Positions 21,238 through 30,761 of a stretch of DNA of 64,000 nucleotides are shown here, one piece after another (within the stretch, counting starts at the first letter, position 1; the number at the start of each line of letters is the position of its first letter). The position numbers and the translations under genes were made by a program. Source of the stretch: a virus. The DNA lies in IMG/VR virus record IMGVR_UViG_3300020204_000022, positions 8,555 to 72,554 of that record; one strand, written 5' to 3'. The notes under the pieces were generated by a model, which searched no databases, was not told the origin of the DNA, and saw only the letters and a program-made list of their open reading frames with translations.

Positions 21238-22302
21238 ATGGAACTCGCCAAAATAGAAAATCTAGTCGAAACTGTTCTCAGAAAATCCTTTCCTGGAGAT
21301 TCTGCCAGACAAAAAATTTACCTGGCCGGCAACAGAATCAATTTTTCTTGTCCTTACTGTGGAGACAGTTCAACGGGAAGGAAAAAGAGAGGAAACTTTT
21401 ATCTGACCACTTTGTGTTATAAGTGTTATAATGGGGGATGTGGTATTTTTAAAGATGGCTATGCTTTCTTTACAGATTTTGAAGTTCTGTCTGAGCTGAA
21501 TCCTGAAGATAGAAGAGAAATCCTTAAGATCGTCAAGGAAAGTAAAGAAAAAAGAAAAACACATTATGGGGATGTTGATATTTCAATGTTGTTTGAAATC
21601 GACTTCAAAAAATGTGTTATCCCCAGAAATGTTTTAATACAACGTTTGAATTTGGAAAATGTTGAGGGTTCTTCAATCGCCGGATATTTAAAAAGAAGAA
21701 ATCAAGTTCTTGACCACAGGTTCGCATGGGATCCGGCGGAGGAAAGACTTTTCCTTTTCAATTTGACCAAAGATGAAGAAATTTTAGGTCTTCAGGTCAG
21801 ATCCATGTCCAAATCAACCAGGGCTTCTAAATATTACACCTACAAGTTGAGCGGGATCTGGGAGAAAATGATGGGCGAGACCAACCCTGAATTTTTAATG
21901 GAATGTGGTAAGATAGATCCTATCTCCCATGTTTTTGGAATAGGTCGAATTTCATTCGATCGTACGATCACAATTTTTGAGGGCCCAATGGATTCTTGGT
22001 TCTGGGAAAATTCGGTTGGTCTTTGTTCGATAGAAAACAAATTTCCATTTGAATTTGAAGACATCAGATTTTGGTACGATTGGGATAAAGCAGGAAGAAC
22101 AAAATCTTTGGAAATGCTCACCAAAGGAAATTTGGTTTTCAACTGGAGAAAATTTTTAGAAGATCACAACCTACCCCTGGACAAAAAGTGGGATTTAAAC
22201 GATCTGGTGAATTATCTTCGTTTGAAGAAATTGAAGATCAGAAGATTTGAAGATTATTTCACAAAAGAAACTTTAGATCTAACATACTTCATGGAGGTTT
22301 AA
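21238..22302 (+). CDS. 61: T4 gp61-like DNA primase
   Basis: Zinc-finger FSCPYCGDSS...LCYKCYNGGCG; Toprim-like TIFEGPMDSWFW...FWYDWDKAGRTKSLEML. Confidence 0.8.
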   Translation: MELAKIENLVETVLRKSFPGDSARQKIYLAGNRINFSCPYCGDSSTGRKKRGNFYLTTLCYKCYNGGCGIFKDGYAFFTDFEVLSELNPEDRREILKIVKESKEKRKTHYGDVDISMLFEIDFKKCVIPRNVLIQRLNLENVEGSSIAGYLKRRNQVLDHRFAWDPAEERLFLFNLTKDEEILGLQVRSMSKSTRASKYYTYKLSGIWEKMMGETNPEFLMECGKIDPISHVFGIGRISFDRTITIFEGPMDSWFWENSVGLCSIENKFPFEFEDIRFWYDWDKAGRTKSLEMLTKGNLVFNWRKFLEDHNLPLDKKWDLNDLVNYLRLKKLKIRRFEDYFTKETLDLTYFMEV

Positions 22303-22304
22303 AC

Positions 22305-22514
22305 ATGTTCTTACACGATTATAATCCTGAGAAGCCACCAAAAAAACAAAATGGGCTGAAATTTCCTATCACCCTCCATGAGGTCGATGAACTACATTCT
22401 TTGAATGTGATCGAAGATCTAGCATCTTACGAAGAACCTAAATTGAAACAAAAGAAGTCGATCCCAGTAGATTTAAATAGAAAGAAAAAAAATAACAGAA
22501 ATCAATTATTCTAA
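22305..22514 (+). CDS. Small hypothetical protein
   Basis: Complete ORF in a tight operon between primase and UvsY-like genes. Confidence 0.45.
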   Translation: MFLHDYNPEKPPKKQNGLKFPITLHEVDELHSLNVIEDLASYEEPKLKQKKSIPVDLNRKKKNNRNQLF

Positions 22515-22516
22515 AA

Positions 22517-22954
22517 GTGGCAGATACAGATTTTCACAAAGTTTTCGAATCGGAAAGAGCCGAATGGAGAGAAAAAATCCAGGTTATTTCTTTAAGTTTG
22601 AAGAACATCAGAACTGTGGCAGAGGCACAAATCGAACTTTTTAGCACCAGACAAATTTTGATCGAGTACAGCTTCAAACTGGCATCGATCATTTCCAAGC
22701 TTTCATCAAGAGAAAGACAAGAAAGGGCAAAAAAGTTGAAGGAATACCAGGAAAACAAAGATATCAGGTATGGTAGCAATGAAACCAAAACTCTAATCGA
22801 AGGAGATCTTGCCGAGATAACACAAAAAATAGAACTCGTAGAAGGACACCGTAAATTCATGGATCAGACTGTTCAAACTGTTGACCACATGCTATATGGG
22901 ATAAAACAAAGAGTTTCTTTGGAAGAATATCTGAGAGGAAGCACAATAAAATAA
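22517..22954 (+). CDS. UvsY-like recombination mediator (tentative)
   Basis: Helical protein of UvsY size with Y/SE.K.LI..D pattern and a C-terminal segment resembling UvsY; adjacent to UvsW as in T4. Confidence 0.5.
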   Translation: MADTDFHKVFESERAEWREKIQVISLSLKNIRTVAEAQIELFSTRQILIEYSFKLASIISKLSSRERQERAKKLKEYQENKDIRYGSNETKTLIEGDLAEITQKIELVEGHRKFMDQTVQTVDHMLYGIKQRVSLEEYLRGSTIK

Positions 22955-22966
22955 TTTCACCTGAGC

Positions 22967-24490
22967 ATGTTGAAGTTTACAGTTTCCGAAGATCGCCAGT
23001 GGCTCATCATGAGCAATCTTGTCACGGAAGTAGAAAAAAGACAAATTGAGATTTCTCTAACAAGAAAAGTTCACAATTGGTTTTTCCATCCTCTGGTCAA
23101 GAAAAAAATCTGGGATGGAAACATTTGTTTTGTAGAAAAAAAAGGTTTGGTTTGGAGAGTTCCGATAGGTCTATGGATGGAGATCTTTAACATAGGAAAA
23201 GAATTCGGATATGAAGTTCAGATAGAAGGCCTGGATTCATTGCTACTTTCAGATCTGACTTTGGAGGAATTCCAAAATTGGGTGAACGAATTTTTTGAAA
23301 ACAAAGAAATAAAACCAAGGGACTATCAGATTGAGGCCGCCTGGAAGATCGTCAAATATCGTTATTCGGTTTCTGAGATAGCAACTTCATCTGGTAAAAC
23401 ACTCATTGCCTTCATGATTTTGACTTTTCTAAAATCTAGGAATTTGATTCGAAAATTCCTGATGGTGGTTCCCAGCACCAATCTTGTTTTTCAAGGAAAC
23501 GACGACTTTTTGGATTATGGGATCGGGGAACTTGGAGTAAAGATACAACAGATAGGTGGGGGTAGCAAGATAAGAGAAGGCTGTGACATTATCATCGGAA
23601 CATTTCAGTCTTTGGTGAAACAAGAACAAGATTTCTTTGAGGGCATAGACGCCGTTTTTGTGGATGAGGCCCATCACACTAATTCTATGTCCATCAAGAA
23701 AATCATGTCGAAATGTATGGGGACCGGGTGGCGTTTTGGACTAACCGGGACTCTTACCAAGAGGGGAACGGCAGACCATCTTACGATCCAGCAATTTTTA
23801 GGTCCGGTCATTGTGGAGATATCCCCCGACTTTTTGTTCCAAAACAAACACGCTACTCCGGTGGCAATCAAAGTTGTGATGCTCGACTGGTTAGATTCTG
23901 AAATCAAGGACAAACTAGCCCAGCTTAAATTCACCTCCCAAAATTTAGAAGGAACAGAAATTTACAACATTGAAAGAAAGATGGTGGTGGAAAGCGAAAA
24001 GAGACTTGCCTACATCGTGGATTTTGTGGCCAAAACTTCTAAAAATTCTTTGGTTCTTTTTCAATCCGTTAAGGACGAATATGGAAAACAAATTTGGAAT
24101 CGTCTGAGAGAACTAGATTCCTCGAAAGAGGTTTTCTATGTGGACGGCGACACGGATGAAAAATTGAGGGAAGAGTACAAATCCAGAATGGGGGATGGAG
24201 AAAATAAAATCCTTGTTGCCACTTTCGGAACCTTTGCCACCGGTATTTCCATCAATAACCTTCACAACATTTTTCTGGTAGAATCCTACAAGAGCGAGAT
24301 TCTGATCAAGCAAAGTCTCGGCAGAGGTATGAGGTTGATGGAGGGAAAGGAGAAGGTGAATGTCATCGATTTTGTGGATGATTTTTCCTCCCCAAAATAC
24401 ACAAATTATTTAATGAAACACGGGCAGGCAAGAATTGAAATTTACAAAAACGAAAAATTCAAGTACCAAATTTTCAAGGTAAAGCTGTAA
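22967..24490 (+). CDS. uvsW: UvsW-like SF2 DNA/RNA helicase
   Basis: Motif I SEIATSSGKTLIA, motif II VDEAHH, motif III LTGTL, motif VI QSLGRGMR; domain layout typical of UvsW. Confidence 0.85.
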   Translation: MLKFTVSEDRQWLIMSNLVTEVEKRQIEISLTRKVHNWFFHPLVKKKIWDGNICFVEKKGLVWRVPIGLWMEIFNIGKEFGYEVQIEGLDSLLLSDLTLEEFQNWVNEFFENKEIKPRDYQIEAAWKIVKYRYSVSEIATSSGKTLIAFMILTFLKSRNLIRKFLMVVPSTNLVFQGNDDFLDYGIGELGVKIQQIGGGSKIREGCDIIIGTFQSLVKQEQDFFEGIDAVFVDEAHHTNSMSIKKIMSKCMGTGWRFGLTGTLTKRGTADHLTIQQFLGPVIVEISPDFLFQNKHATPVAIKVVMLDWLDSEIKDKLAQLKFTSQNLEGTEIYNIERKMVVESEKRLAYIVDFVAKTSKNSLVLFQSVKDEYGKQIWNRLRELDSSKEVFYVDGDTDEKLREEYKSRMGDGENKILVATFGTFATGISINNLHNIFLVESYKSEILIKQSLGRGMRLMEGKEKVNVIDFVDDFSSPKYTNYLMKHGQARIEIYKNEKFKYQIFKVKL

Positions 24491-24499
24491 TCGAAAGAA

Positions 24500-24509
24500 G
24501 ATATATAGG
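24500..24509 (+). promoter_or_regulatory. Candidate late promoter GATATATAGG
   Basis: Recurrent motif; 16 nt before ATG 24526. Confidence 0.5.
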
Positions 24510-24525
24510 TAAAATTAAATTTGGT

Positions 24526-25008
24526 ATGCCTCCATTACTTAAATTCGATGAATTCAATTTCATAAACGAAAATTCAACCCGGAAAAAATGGGAAGATTTG
24601 GAAGCTAGAATTAGAGCCAAAGTTCCCGAAATAGGTGGGGAAACTTGGAGAGGATCCTCGAGCTGGACGGATGCCAGTATAGACAACCCGGAAGGAGCTC
24701 TAGGAAGAATTTTGGGTGGTATTGGAATTGGTCTCTCAAAGGCTGGCAAAGCAATTTTTGGTGCCATTGGAGATAAATTTAATTCGGGTTCAAAAGGCGA
24801 AGAGGAAGCTTTCAGCCGGTGGGGTGAAAATATCCAGTCCAGCGGTAAGAACAAACAAAAAGATTATGAAGATTTTTACACCAAATCCATTTACTCCGGC
24901 AAAGAAACTTTCGGTCCTGATTTTGATGTTGAAAAACCCAGAACCAGAGAACAGAGAAAATACCGAGATTATCTTAGAAGATCAAGATCATATTTTGACA
25001 TAGACTAA
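24526..25008 (+). CDS. Putative packaged protein with capsid-targeting-like N-terminus
   Basis: MPPLLKFDEFNFINE|NSTRK. Confidence 0.5.
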   Translation: MPPLLKFDEFNFINENSTRKKWEDLEARIRAKVPEIGGETWRGSSSWTDASIDNPEGALGRILGGIGIGLSKAGKAIFGAIGDKFNSGSKGEEEAFSRWGENIQSSGKNKQKDYEDFYTKSIYSGKETFGPDFDVEKPRTREQRKYRDYLRRSRSYFDID

Positions 25009-25947
25009 ATGATTGCTAATTTTAACCAATTTATGAGATTAAACGAAGGCGGATCTGCCATCAAATCCTCACGTAGAATTCGAGAGGACGAAGCACAGTC
25101 CACACTGGACCACATCGAATCAACTTTATTTCCCCTTTTAGGTGGTGGTAATTTCGATGAAGATTTTTTGCTCATCGGAAGTATTGGAAAAAAGAAAAAT
25201 CCGGAAGATGACTCGGGAGACGTTGATTTAGGTATTTCAAAGGAATTTCTTGTGGATCAAATGGGTTCTACACCCGAAAATGTTCTGGTAGATTTGGAAC
25301 AATATTTGAAATCAGAATTACCAGAATTTCTTGGATTTGAACCCGAAATGAAGTTAATGAAGGGATTGGGTGTACTTTCTATCGGATGGCCTATTGGAGG
25401 AGAGCCTGAAAGAGGTATTGTTCAGCTCGACCTTATTCCTCTATCCGATATGGATTGGGCAAGGTTTATTTATTACTCTCCAGACTATCGTCTGGACGAA
25501 TCTGTTTACAAATCTGCCCATAGAAATTGGCTATTTCAGGCCATTCTTTCCTCTTTGAAAGAGGTAGAAAGTGTGGACGATGATGGAAATATCATGGATT
25601 ACGAAGGTTATGTTTTGAGATTAAGCGAAGGAATTTTCAAATCAAAAAAATCATATCGTGGAATCAAAAAACCCAGACTTTCCCGGCCACAAACCATAGA
25701 AGGAACAGCCCAATTTATTACCAACGATCCAAAAGAGGCAGTAGAACTTATGTTTGGGCCAGGAATTAGACCCGATCAAGTAAAAACATTCGAAGATGCC
25801 TGGTCCCAAGTTACTTCTCTCAATTATGTTTATAACGATAGATTTCCAGAAATCATGGAAGACTTTGTCAGATATCTAGAAAATGCTAAATTACCAATTC
25901 CCTCCGAGGTACAGGCAAAACAAAATTTGGTGCCAGATGATGTTTGA
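25009..25947 (+). CDS. Putative packaged nucleotidyltransferase-like protein
   Basis: N-terminus MIANFNQFMRLNE|GGSA; NTase-like LLIGSIGKKKNPEDDSGDVDLGI. Confidence 0.5.
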   Translation: MIANFNQFMRLNEGGSAIKSSRRIREDEAQSTLDHIESTLFPLLGGGNFDEDFLLIGSIGKKKNPEDDSGDVDLGISKEFLVDQMGSTPENVLVDLEQYLKSELPEFLGFEPEMKLMKGLGVLSIGWPIGGEPERGIVQLDLIPLSDMDWARFIYYSPDYRLDESVYKSAHRNWLFQAILSSLKEVESVDDDGNIMDYEGYVLRLSEGIFKSKKSYRGIKKPRLSRPQTIEGTAQFITNDPKEAVELMFGPGIRPDQVKTFEDAWSQVTSLNYVYNDRFPEIMEDFVRYLENAKLPIPSEVQAKQNLVPDDV

Positions 25948-26365
25948 TCCTTTGTACACGGCCTTGGATTTTTTCCTTGATGGCGATTCCCCCCAGGCGG
26001 TCGTCAGAGATGGAAAGTTGGTGCTGTTCAAAACAGAAAACGGTTCTTCTGGTTTAATTATCAAAACAAAACACGGGGACAGAAAAATCGTGTTGAACAA
26101 CGAGGTAATTTACACTTTGGAAAAAAAGGTCTTCGAATTGATTGATTTCGAAAATTTTGATCCTCCAGGAATTCAGATTTACCTTCCTAAACTTATTTTG
26201 GCTTGGAATTCTCCTTTACAGTTAAAATCAAAGATCTTTGTTAGAAAAATTATCGAAGGAATTAGTCAGGTTATTCATTTGGATCTGGTTGAAGATTTAA
26301 ACAAAGAAATGGAAAAGGCGTTTGGGATATTTACATTTGTAAAGGATCTCCCATTAAATAAATAA
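25937..26365 (+). CDS. Hypothetical protein
   Basis: In-frame ATG at 25937 inside track ORF 25883..26365 gives minimal overlap with the upstream gene (MMFDPLYTALDFFLDGDSPQAV). Confidence 0.5.
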   Translation: MMFDPLYTALDFFLDGDSPQAVVRDGKLVLFKTENGSSGLIIKTKHGDRKIVLNNEVIYTLEKKVFELIDFENFDPPGIQIYLPKLILAWNSPLQLKSKIFVRKIIEGISQVIHLDLVEDLNKEMEKAFGIFTFVKDLPLNK

Positions 26366-26368
26366 ATT

Positions 26369-28282
26369 ATGGCAGGAATTAATCACCTATATGATATGTA
26401 CAATAAGAAAGGAGCGGAGTTTACTCAATCTCTCTTTTCTCAATTTGTTACCATCAACGAAAAGATGGATGGGTCTGCCTTTTGTTTTGAAAGAGATCTG
26501 GACACTGGAAAATTTAATTTTTATCGTAGAGATCAAAGAAATCCCATAACATTGGTCGACAGGACGTTGATGAAGTATTATGAAAAACCAATCCAGTACA
26601 TCGAATCCTTGCCTCCTGATATTTTAGAGAAAATTCCAAGAGGATGGAGATTCGGTTTTGAATATTTTGCCAACACAAGTCCGGTTGAAATTGTTTACGA
26701 TAGAATTCCCAAGAATCACCTCATTCTTTCTTTTGTCCACAAAATGGATTTACACGGAAAGATTGCCAAAACAATTCAACAAAAAGACAAGTTGGATACC
26801 TGGGCAGATCTTCTCGGAGTGGAAAGAAGTCCAATCATTTTCCAAGGATATCTGAATGAAACACAAAAAGAGCAGCTGACCGAATTTTTGGCAACCCCAT
26901 TTCCACAGTTGGTTTCCCGTTTTCAAACACAGAGTTTTGTTAGATTCATCATTTCTGTTTTGAATCCAAAATTGAAATCATCCGCCCTGAACGATGATTT
27001 AGATAAAGACGTCGAAGGAGTGGTATTCAGATTTGGAGAACCAAACTCGGAGAACGAAACTGTGCTGGCCAAAATGGTAGATCCACTGTTCACCGATTTA
27101 GCCAAAACTAAATATCAAGAAAAGAAGGATAAAAAGCCTTCTGATTTTCTTGGGATCACACTTTTGGACGTCATGAATTTTATCCTTCAACAAGGTGTAG
27201 ATTCTTTCGAGGTTGAAGGTCAGGGGGAAGACGAAAGATATATTTCTTTCATTTCTGATGTTTTTGCTAAATTTTTGGATGAAAATTCCGATAAATATAA
27301 AGGGACAGACTTTGAAGAACCTGATTATTTGAAGAAGCCCGAGTTCAGGTTGAATCGGGATTTAATCAGGGATCGTAGGGTTGCTAAATTTGTCGAAGAA
27401 GACGAGGCATACGAGTCACTGTACAAGCTGATGTTAAATTCATTCAGAAAACTTAAAACCCGTGCTTCTGGCATTGTTACCTCTGGAACTCTGGCCCAGC
27501 TAAATTTGCTAATTCAAGAAATTAAAGATCATATCGAACGTCCTAAAAAAGCAGTCAACGAATCAGAATTTGTTAGTTTTTTGGATTTTCAAAAGGATTC
27601 AAAGCCCAATGTCCAATATGTGTTGGAAGAAAGCGAGGATTCAGAGAAGAACGAGAATCCTTTACTTTCATTCGATGATTTCATTTCAAAATTAGAAAGC
27701 ATCGACCAACACTCAAATAAAGGAGAAGAGCCGTTGGTTGAGAAGGAAGAAGACAAAAAGATCAACGTTATTGTGGGTCGTTTTCAGCCTTTCCATTTGG
27801 GTCATCTGAATATGGCTAAAAAATTACACGAGAAAAATAAATTACCTTCTTTTGTGATCGTTGTTTATCCGGGACACAATAAGAGCGGAAAATCCCCATT
27901 TGGCGAGCAAACAATAAATCAGTACATGGATGCTGTGGTGAAAGAACATGGTGATGTGTTAAAAGACTACATGATTGTTCCAAGGGGTTTGTTGGGATCT
28001 GCGGTGAATAAATTGGTTGAGATGGGATTTGAACCTCATCTTGTTGGTGCAGGTGAAGATCGACAGGACGATTATGCCAAACAGATGGAATACATCAAAA
28101 AAACAGAGTTGTTTGATAAATTACCGGAAGGATTCAAATTGGTTGAAACACCAAGAAGCACATCTGCCACAGAGGTGAGATCTAAATTGGAAGAAGAAGA
28201 TTATTCCTCATTGAAAAAGATGCTTCCAAAATCGGTTCTCAATTTATATTCGGGTTTGGTCTCAGAGCTGAAAAAAAAATAG
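26369..28282 (+). CDS. Bifunctional protein: N-terminal RNA/DNA-ligase-like nucleotidyltransferase fused to C-terminal NMNAT/cytidylyltransferase-like domain
   Basis: Ligase motif I EKMDGSAF, WRFGFEYF, DVEGVVFRF, LAKMVDP; C-terminal VGRFQPFHLGHLNMAKKL (HxGH) and RSTSATEVRSKL. Confidence 0.75.
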   Translation: MAGINHLYDMYNKKGAEFTQSLFSQFVTINEKMDGSAFCFERDLDTGKFNFYRRDQRNPITLVDRTLMKYYEKPIQYIESLPPDILEKIPRGWRFGFEYFANTSPVEIVYDRIPKNHLILSFVHKMDLHGKIAKTIQQKDKLDTWADLLGVERSPIIFQGYLNETQKEQLTEFLATPFPQLVSRFQTQSFVRFIISVLNPKLKSSALNDDLDKDVEGVVFRFGEPNSENETVLAKMVDPLFTDLAKTKYQEKKDKKPSDFLGITLLDVMNFILQQGVDSFEVEGQGEDERYISFISDVFAKFLDENSDKYKGTDFEEPDYLKKPEFRLNRDLIRDRRVAKFVEEDEAYESLYKLMLNSFRKLKTRASGIVTSGTLAQLNLLIQEIKDHIERPKKAVNESEFVSFLDFQKDSKPNVQYVLEESEDSEKNENPLLSFDDFISKLESIDQHSNKGEEPLVEKEEDKKINVIVGRFQPFHLGHLNMAKKLHEKNKLPSFVIVVYPGHNKSGKSPFGEQTINQYMDAVVKEHGDVLKDYMIVPRGLLGSAVNKLVEMGFEPHLVGAGEDRQDDYAKQMEYIKKTELFDKLPEGFKLVETPRSTSATEVRSKLEEEDYSSLKKMLPKSVLNLYSGLVSELKKK

Positions 28283-28290
28283 ATATATAC
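28282..28290 (+). promoter_or_regulatory. Candidate late promoter GATATATAC
   Basis: Recurrent motif; 16 nt before GTG start 28307. Confidence 0.5.
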
Positions 28291-28306
28291 ACAAAAAAGA
28301 TCCACT

Positions 28307-28840
28307 GTGAAAAATTTATTCAATTATACAGATTTTCTATCCAAAAATTTGAACGAGGCCGATGGCTTTGGAACTATGCCCTTCTTGCTTAAAAAAGAAG
28401 GTGATGTTTATTACTATTTTTTCCAATTGGAAAGAGAAAAAGAAGACCCAGAGGGATTTTGTCTTATGATTGGTAAGTATTCACAATACGAGTCGATGGA
28501 TGGACCTAAAAATTCATATGCTGTTTTGAATATCAACAAAATTGGAACAGAAGTTATTGAAGACATAGCCATCAACAAGGGAAGCTTGCCAGAAAAAAAC
28601 AAAGTTTCTTTCAAATTATCCGGGGGTGAACTCTCAAGATTATTCGAACAAATTGGAAAGTGTATTTCCAGCTACCTGGAGAAAAATCCAAAAATCATCA
28701 GAATGGTTGACGAAATGAATTTTAACTTGGATATCAAGAACTATGGAGCATATTCTAAATCTCTGCTTTCTTTTGCTTTAGGAGAAGATTGGCACATGCA
28801 AGATGGATCGTCAAAAAAGATTTACCTTTGGAATCGATAA
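28307..28840 (+). CDS. Putative packaged protein with capsid-targeting-like N-terminus, GTG start
   Basis: MKNLFNYTDFLSKNLNE|ADGFG. Confidence 0.5.
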   Translation: MKNLFNYTDFLSKNLNEADGFGTMPFLLKKEGDVYYYFFQLEREKEDPEGFCLMIGKYSQYESMDGPKNSYAVLNINKIGTEVIEDIAINKGSLPEKNKVSFKLSGGELSRLFEQIGKCISSYLEKNPKIIRMVDEMNFNLDIKNYGAYSKSLLSFALGEDWHMQDGSSKKIYLWNR

Positions 28841-28917
28841 AAAAATCGAACTTATGCATCCAAAAATGGGAACTTTTTAGAATTTTTGATCTAAAATAAA
28901 ACAAAAAACCAATTATC

Positions 28918-29094
28918 ATGCAAACATTTGAAGCAATCAAATCTTTGGTAGAAACAGTTGAAACTGATTATGTGAAATTTTCAGTTAAAGGCAATATGTC
29001 TGCTGGCACCCGTGTTAGACAGTCTTTGCAAGAACTGAAAAAACTGGCTCAGCAACTTAGGCTTGAAATCCAAGAGGAAAAAAACAAAGCGTAA
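28918..29094 (+). CDS. Histone H1/Hc1-like small basic protein (58 aa), absent from the supplied ORF track
   Basis: Translation MQTFEAIKSLVETVETDYVKFSVKGNMSAGTRVRQSLQELKKLAQQLRLEIQEEKNKA matches the pattern of Bacteroidota H1-like (Hc1) proteins; terminator follows. Confidence 0.75.
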   Translation: MQTFEAIKSLVETVETDYVKFSVKGNMSAGTRVRQSLQELKKLAQQLRLEIQEEKNKA

Positions 29095-29112
29095 TTTCTT
29101 TCTACTAATTAT

Positions 29113-29141
29113 AAAGGCAACTTTAAGAGTTGCCTTTTTTT
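29113..29141 (+). terminator. Rho-independent terminator
   Basis: AAAGGCAACT-TTAAG-AGTTGCCTTT followed by T-run. Confidence 0.9.
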
Positions 29142-29162
29142 GTGCTTTGTGATTTTATAAAA

Positions 29163-29171
29163 GATATATAG
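29163..29171 (+). promoter_or_regulatory. Candidate promoter GATATATAG
   Basis: Recurrent motif immediately after the terminator; 72 nt before ATG 29244. Confidence 0.45.
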
Positions 29172-29243
29172 ATCGAAAGATTTGTATTTCTTGGAGAAAC
29201 AAAAATTAGAAGAAAAGTAAAAAAAACATCTAAATAAATTTTT

Positions 29244-29450
29244 ATGCCATACTACATCGCAAGAGTACAATTCGAATCTGGTGAAACCAAGAAAAATGGA
29301 GATCCTGTCATGTCCAAAGGAGAATTTTTGGTCGAGGCAGAATCCGTTCTGGAAGTTGAACACAAAGTTGCCCAACACCTCGAGGGTGTTTCCGGATTTT
29401 TTGAAACAATCCAAATTTCAAAATCCAAAGTCGAAGCAGTGATTTCGTGA
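29244..29450 (+). CDS. DUF4494-like small protein
   Basis: YYIARVQFESG...MSKGEFLVEAESVLEVEHKVAQHL resembles DUF4494 (tentative). Confidence 0.4.
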   Translation: MPYYIARVQFESGETKKNGDPVMSKGEFLVEAESVLEVEHKVAQHLEGVSGFFETIQISKSKVEAVIS

Positions 29451-29464
29451 AATAATTCAATGGA

Positions 29465-30064
29465 ATGAAAAGAAAGAACCCGTCTCTTACCTCAAGCTAC
29501 AAACCACCAAAATCTGCCAAGAAAATTCCTTCGGGAGATACGGGTTTCAAGATTGTGGATAAGGCTTTCAAACAAAGCAATGAGGCGGAGACGAGTTCTT
29601 ATATGCCACCACAATCCCCAATTGCTATCCAGCCCGGAGACAAGGGATTCGAAATTGTGGGAAAGGCATACAACAAGTGGCTTTGGACTTTTCCCGAGTG
29701 GAAAAAGAAATCTTCTAAAATCATCAATCCGAATGCCAATTGGGGATTGAATGCAAAGCCTATGACCCCGGCGGAGATGAAGAAGAAAATGAAAAACCTT
29801 TATCTAAAAGAGGAGGATACATCTAGAGAGATTCTCAAAGGTGGTCTTGGGGATAATCTCACAATTTTAGATTTAGCAAAAAAACACACCGGATCTCTTG
29901 ACCACGATTTATCTGGTGTTGTAGATTACCTAACCAGACAATTGGTCGATGGAGTTTTTGTTGAGATGGAACACACGGATTCCCCACAAAAAGCAAGAGA
30001 GATAGCAATGGATCACCTATTTGAAGATCCGAACTATTACATTAAATTAAAAAAAATCGAATAA
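29465..30064 (+). CDS. Protein with DUF5661-like C-terminus
   Basis: LDHDLSGVVDYLTRQLVDGVFVEMEHTDSPQKAREIAMDHLFEDPNYYIKLKKIE; N-terminal internal duplication TGFKIVDKAF / KGFEIVGKAY. Confidence 0.5.
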   Translation: MKRKNPSLTSSYKPPKSAKKIPSGDTGFKIVDKAFKQSNEAETSSYMPPQSPIAIQPGDKGFEIVGKAYNKWLWTFPEWKKKSSKIINPNANWGLNAKPMTPAEMKKKMKNLYLKEEDTSREILKGGLGDNLTILDLAKKHTGSLDHDLSGVVDYLTRQLVDGVFVEMEHTDSPQKAREIAMDHLFEDPNYYIKLKKIE

Positions 30065-30068
30065 TAAA

Positions 30069-30761
30069 ATGCCAGCAGTTTCAAAAGCACAACAAGCAAT
30101 AATGGGCCAGGCCTGGGCCTTAAGATCTGGATCTCTCAAATTGAAAGATATAGATTCAAGATATAGGAAGATAGTTAAGGATATAGCCGATGGAGAAATG
30201 TCGGATAGGGAACTTGAAAAGTTCGCCTCTACAAAAACAAAAAGACTTCCGCATTACGTGAAAGAAACTTTTGAATATGATGACTATGAAGCAGTGGATG
30301 AGGATTCAATCAAATCCAAAACTCAATATTACAAACCAGGTGAAAAAATTCGTGTTTTGAATGTTACTTACCCAGAATGGTATTCACCTGCCAAGGGGTT
30401 CGAGAACGTTAAAGTAGGAGATGTTCTTACCATTACAGACGTTGGACAAAATGTAGTTGGTCACGTTTATTTCACCGATTTTAACGATGACTATGGATTG
30501 AGTATCGAGGATATTGAAATGCTTACTGGTAAAGTTCAAGAATCTGAATCTTTATACGAAAAGGGAATCCCGGTAGCTGGGGCAACATCTCCTTTAATTG
30601 GTTCAAAGAAAATACCAACTTTCACACCCGGTCTCAATGTTGGTGGTGGGATCAAACCAATTACCCCACATTTGAACCCCGACGTGACCAAACCAAAGGG
30701 GAAAAAGAAAATGTCACATCTGGCAGACTATCGAGATTATATTGCCACCAAAAAATCTTAA
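30069..30761 (+). CDS. DUF3008-like N-terminus, unknown function
   Basis: MPAVSKAQQAIMGQAWALRSGSLKLKDI...SDRELEKFASTKTKRLP. Confidence 0.5.
   Translation: MPAVSKAQQAIMGQAWALRSGSLKLKDIDSRYRKIVKDIADGEMSDRELEKFASTKTKRLPHYVKETFEYDDYEAVDEDSIKSKTQYYKPGEKIRVLNVTYPEWYSPAKGFENVKVGDVLTITDVGQNVVGHVYFTDFNDDYGLSIEDIEMLTGKVQESESLYEKGIPVAGATSPLIGSKKIPTFTPGLNVGGGIKPITPHLNPDVTKPKGKKKMSHLADYRDYIATKKS

Noticed and set aside
26369-26480. CTS-like FSQFVTINEKMDG in the ligase-NMNAT protein
   Set aside because: The INE|K here overlaps the catalytic ligase motif EKMDG and is ~30 residues in; likely coincidental similarity, so not counted as a CTS.
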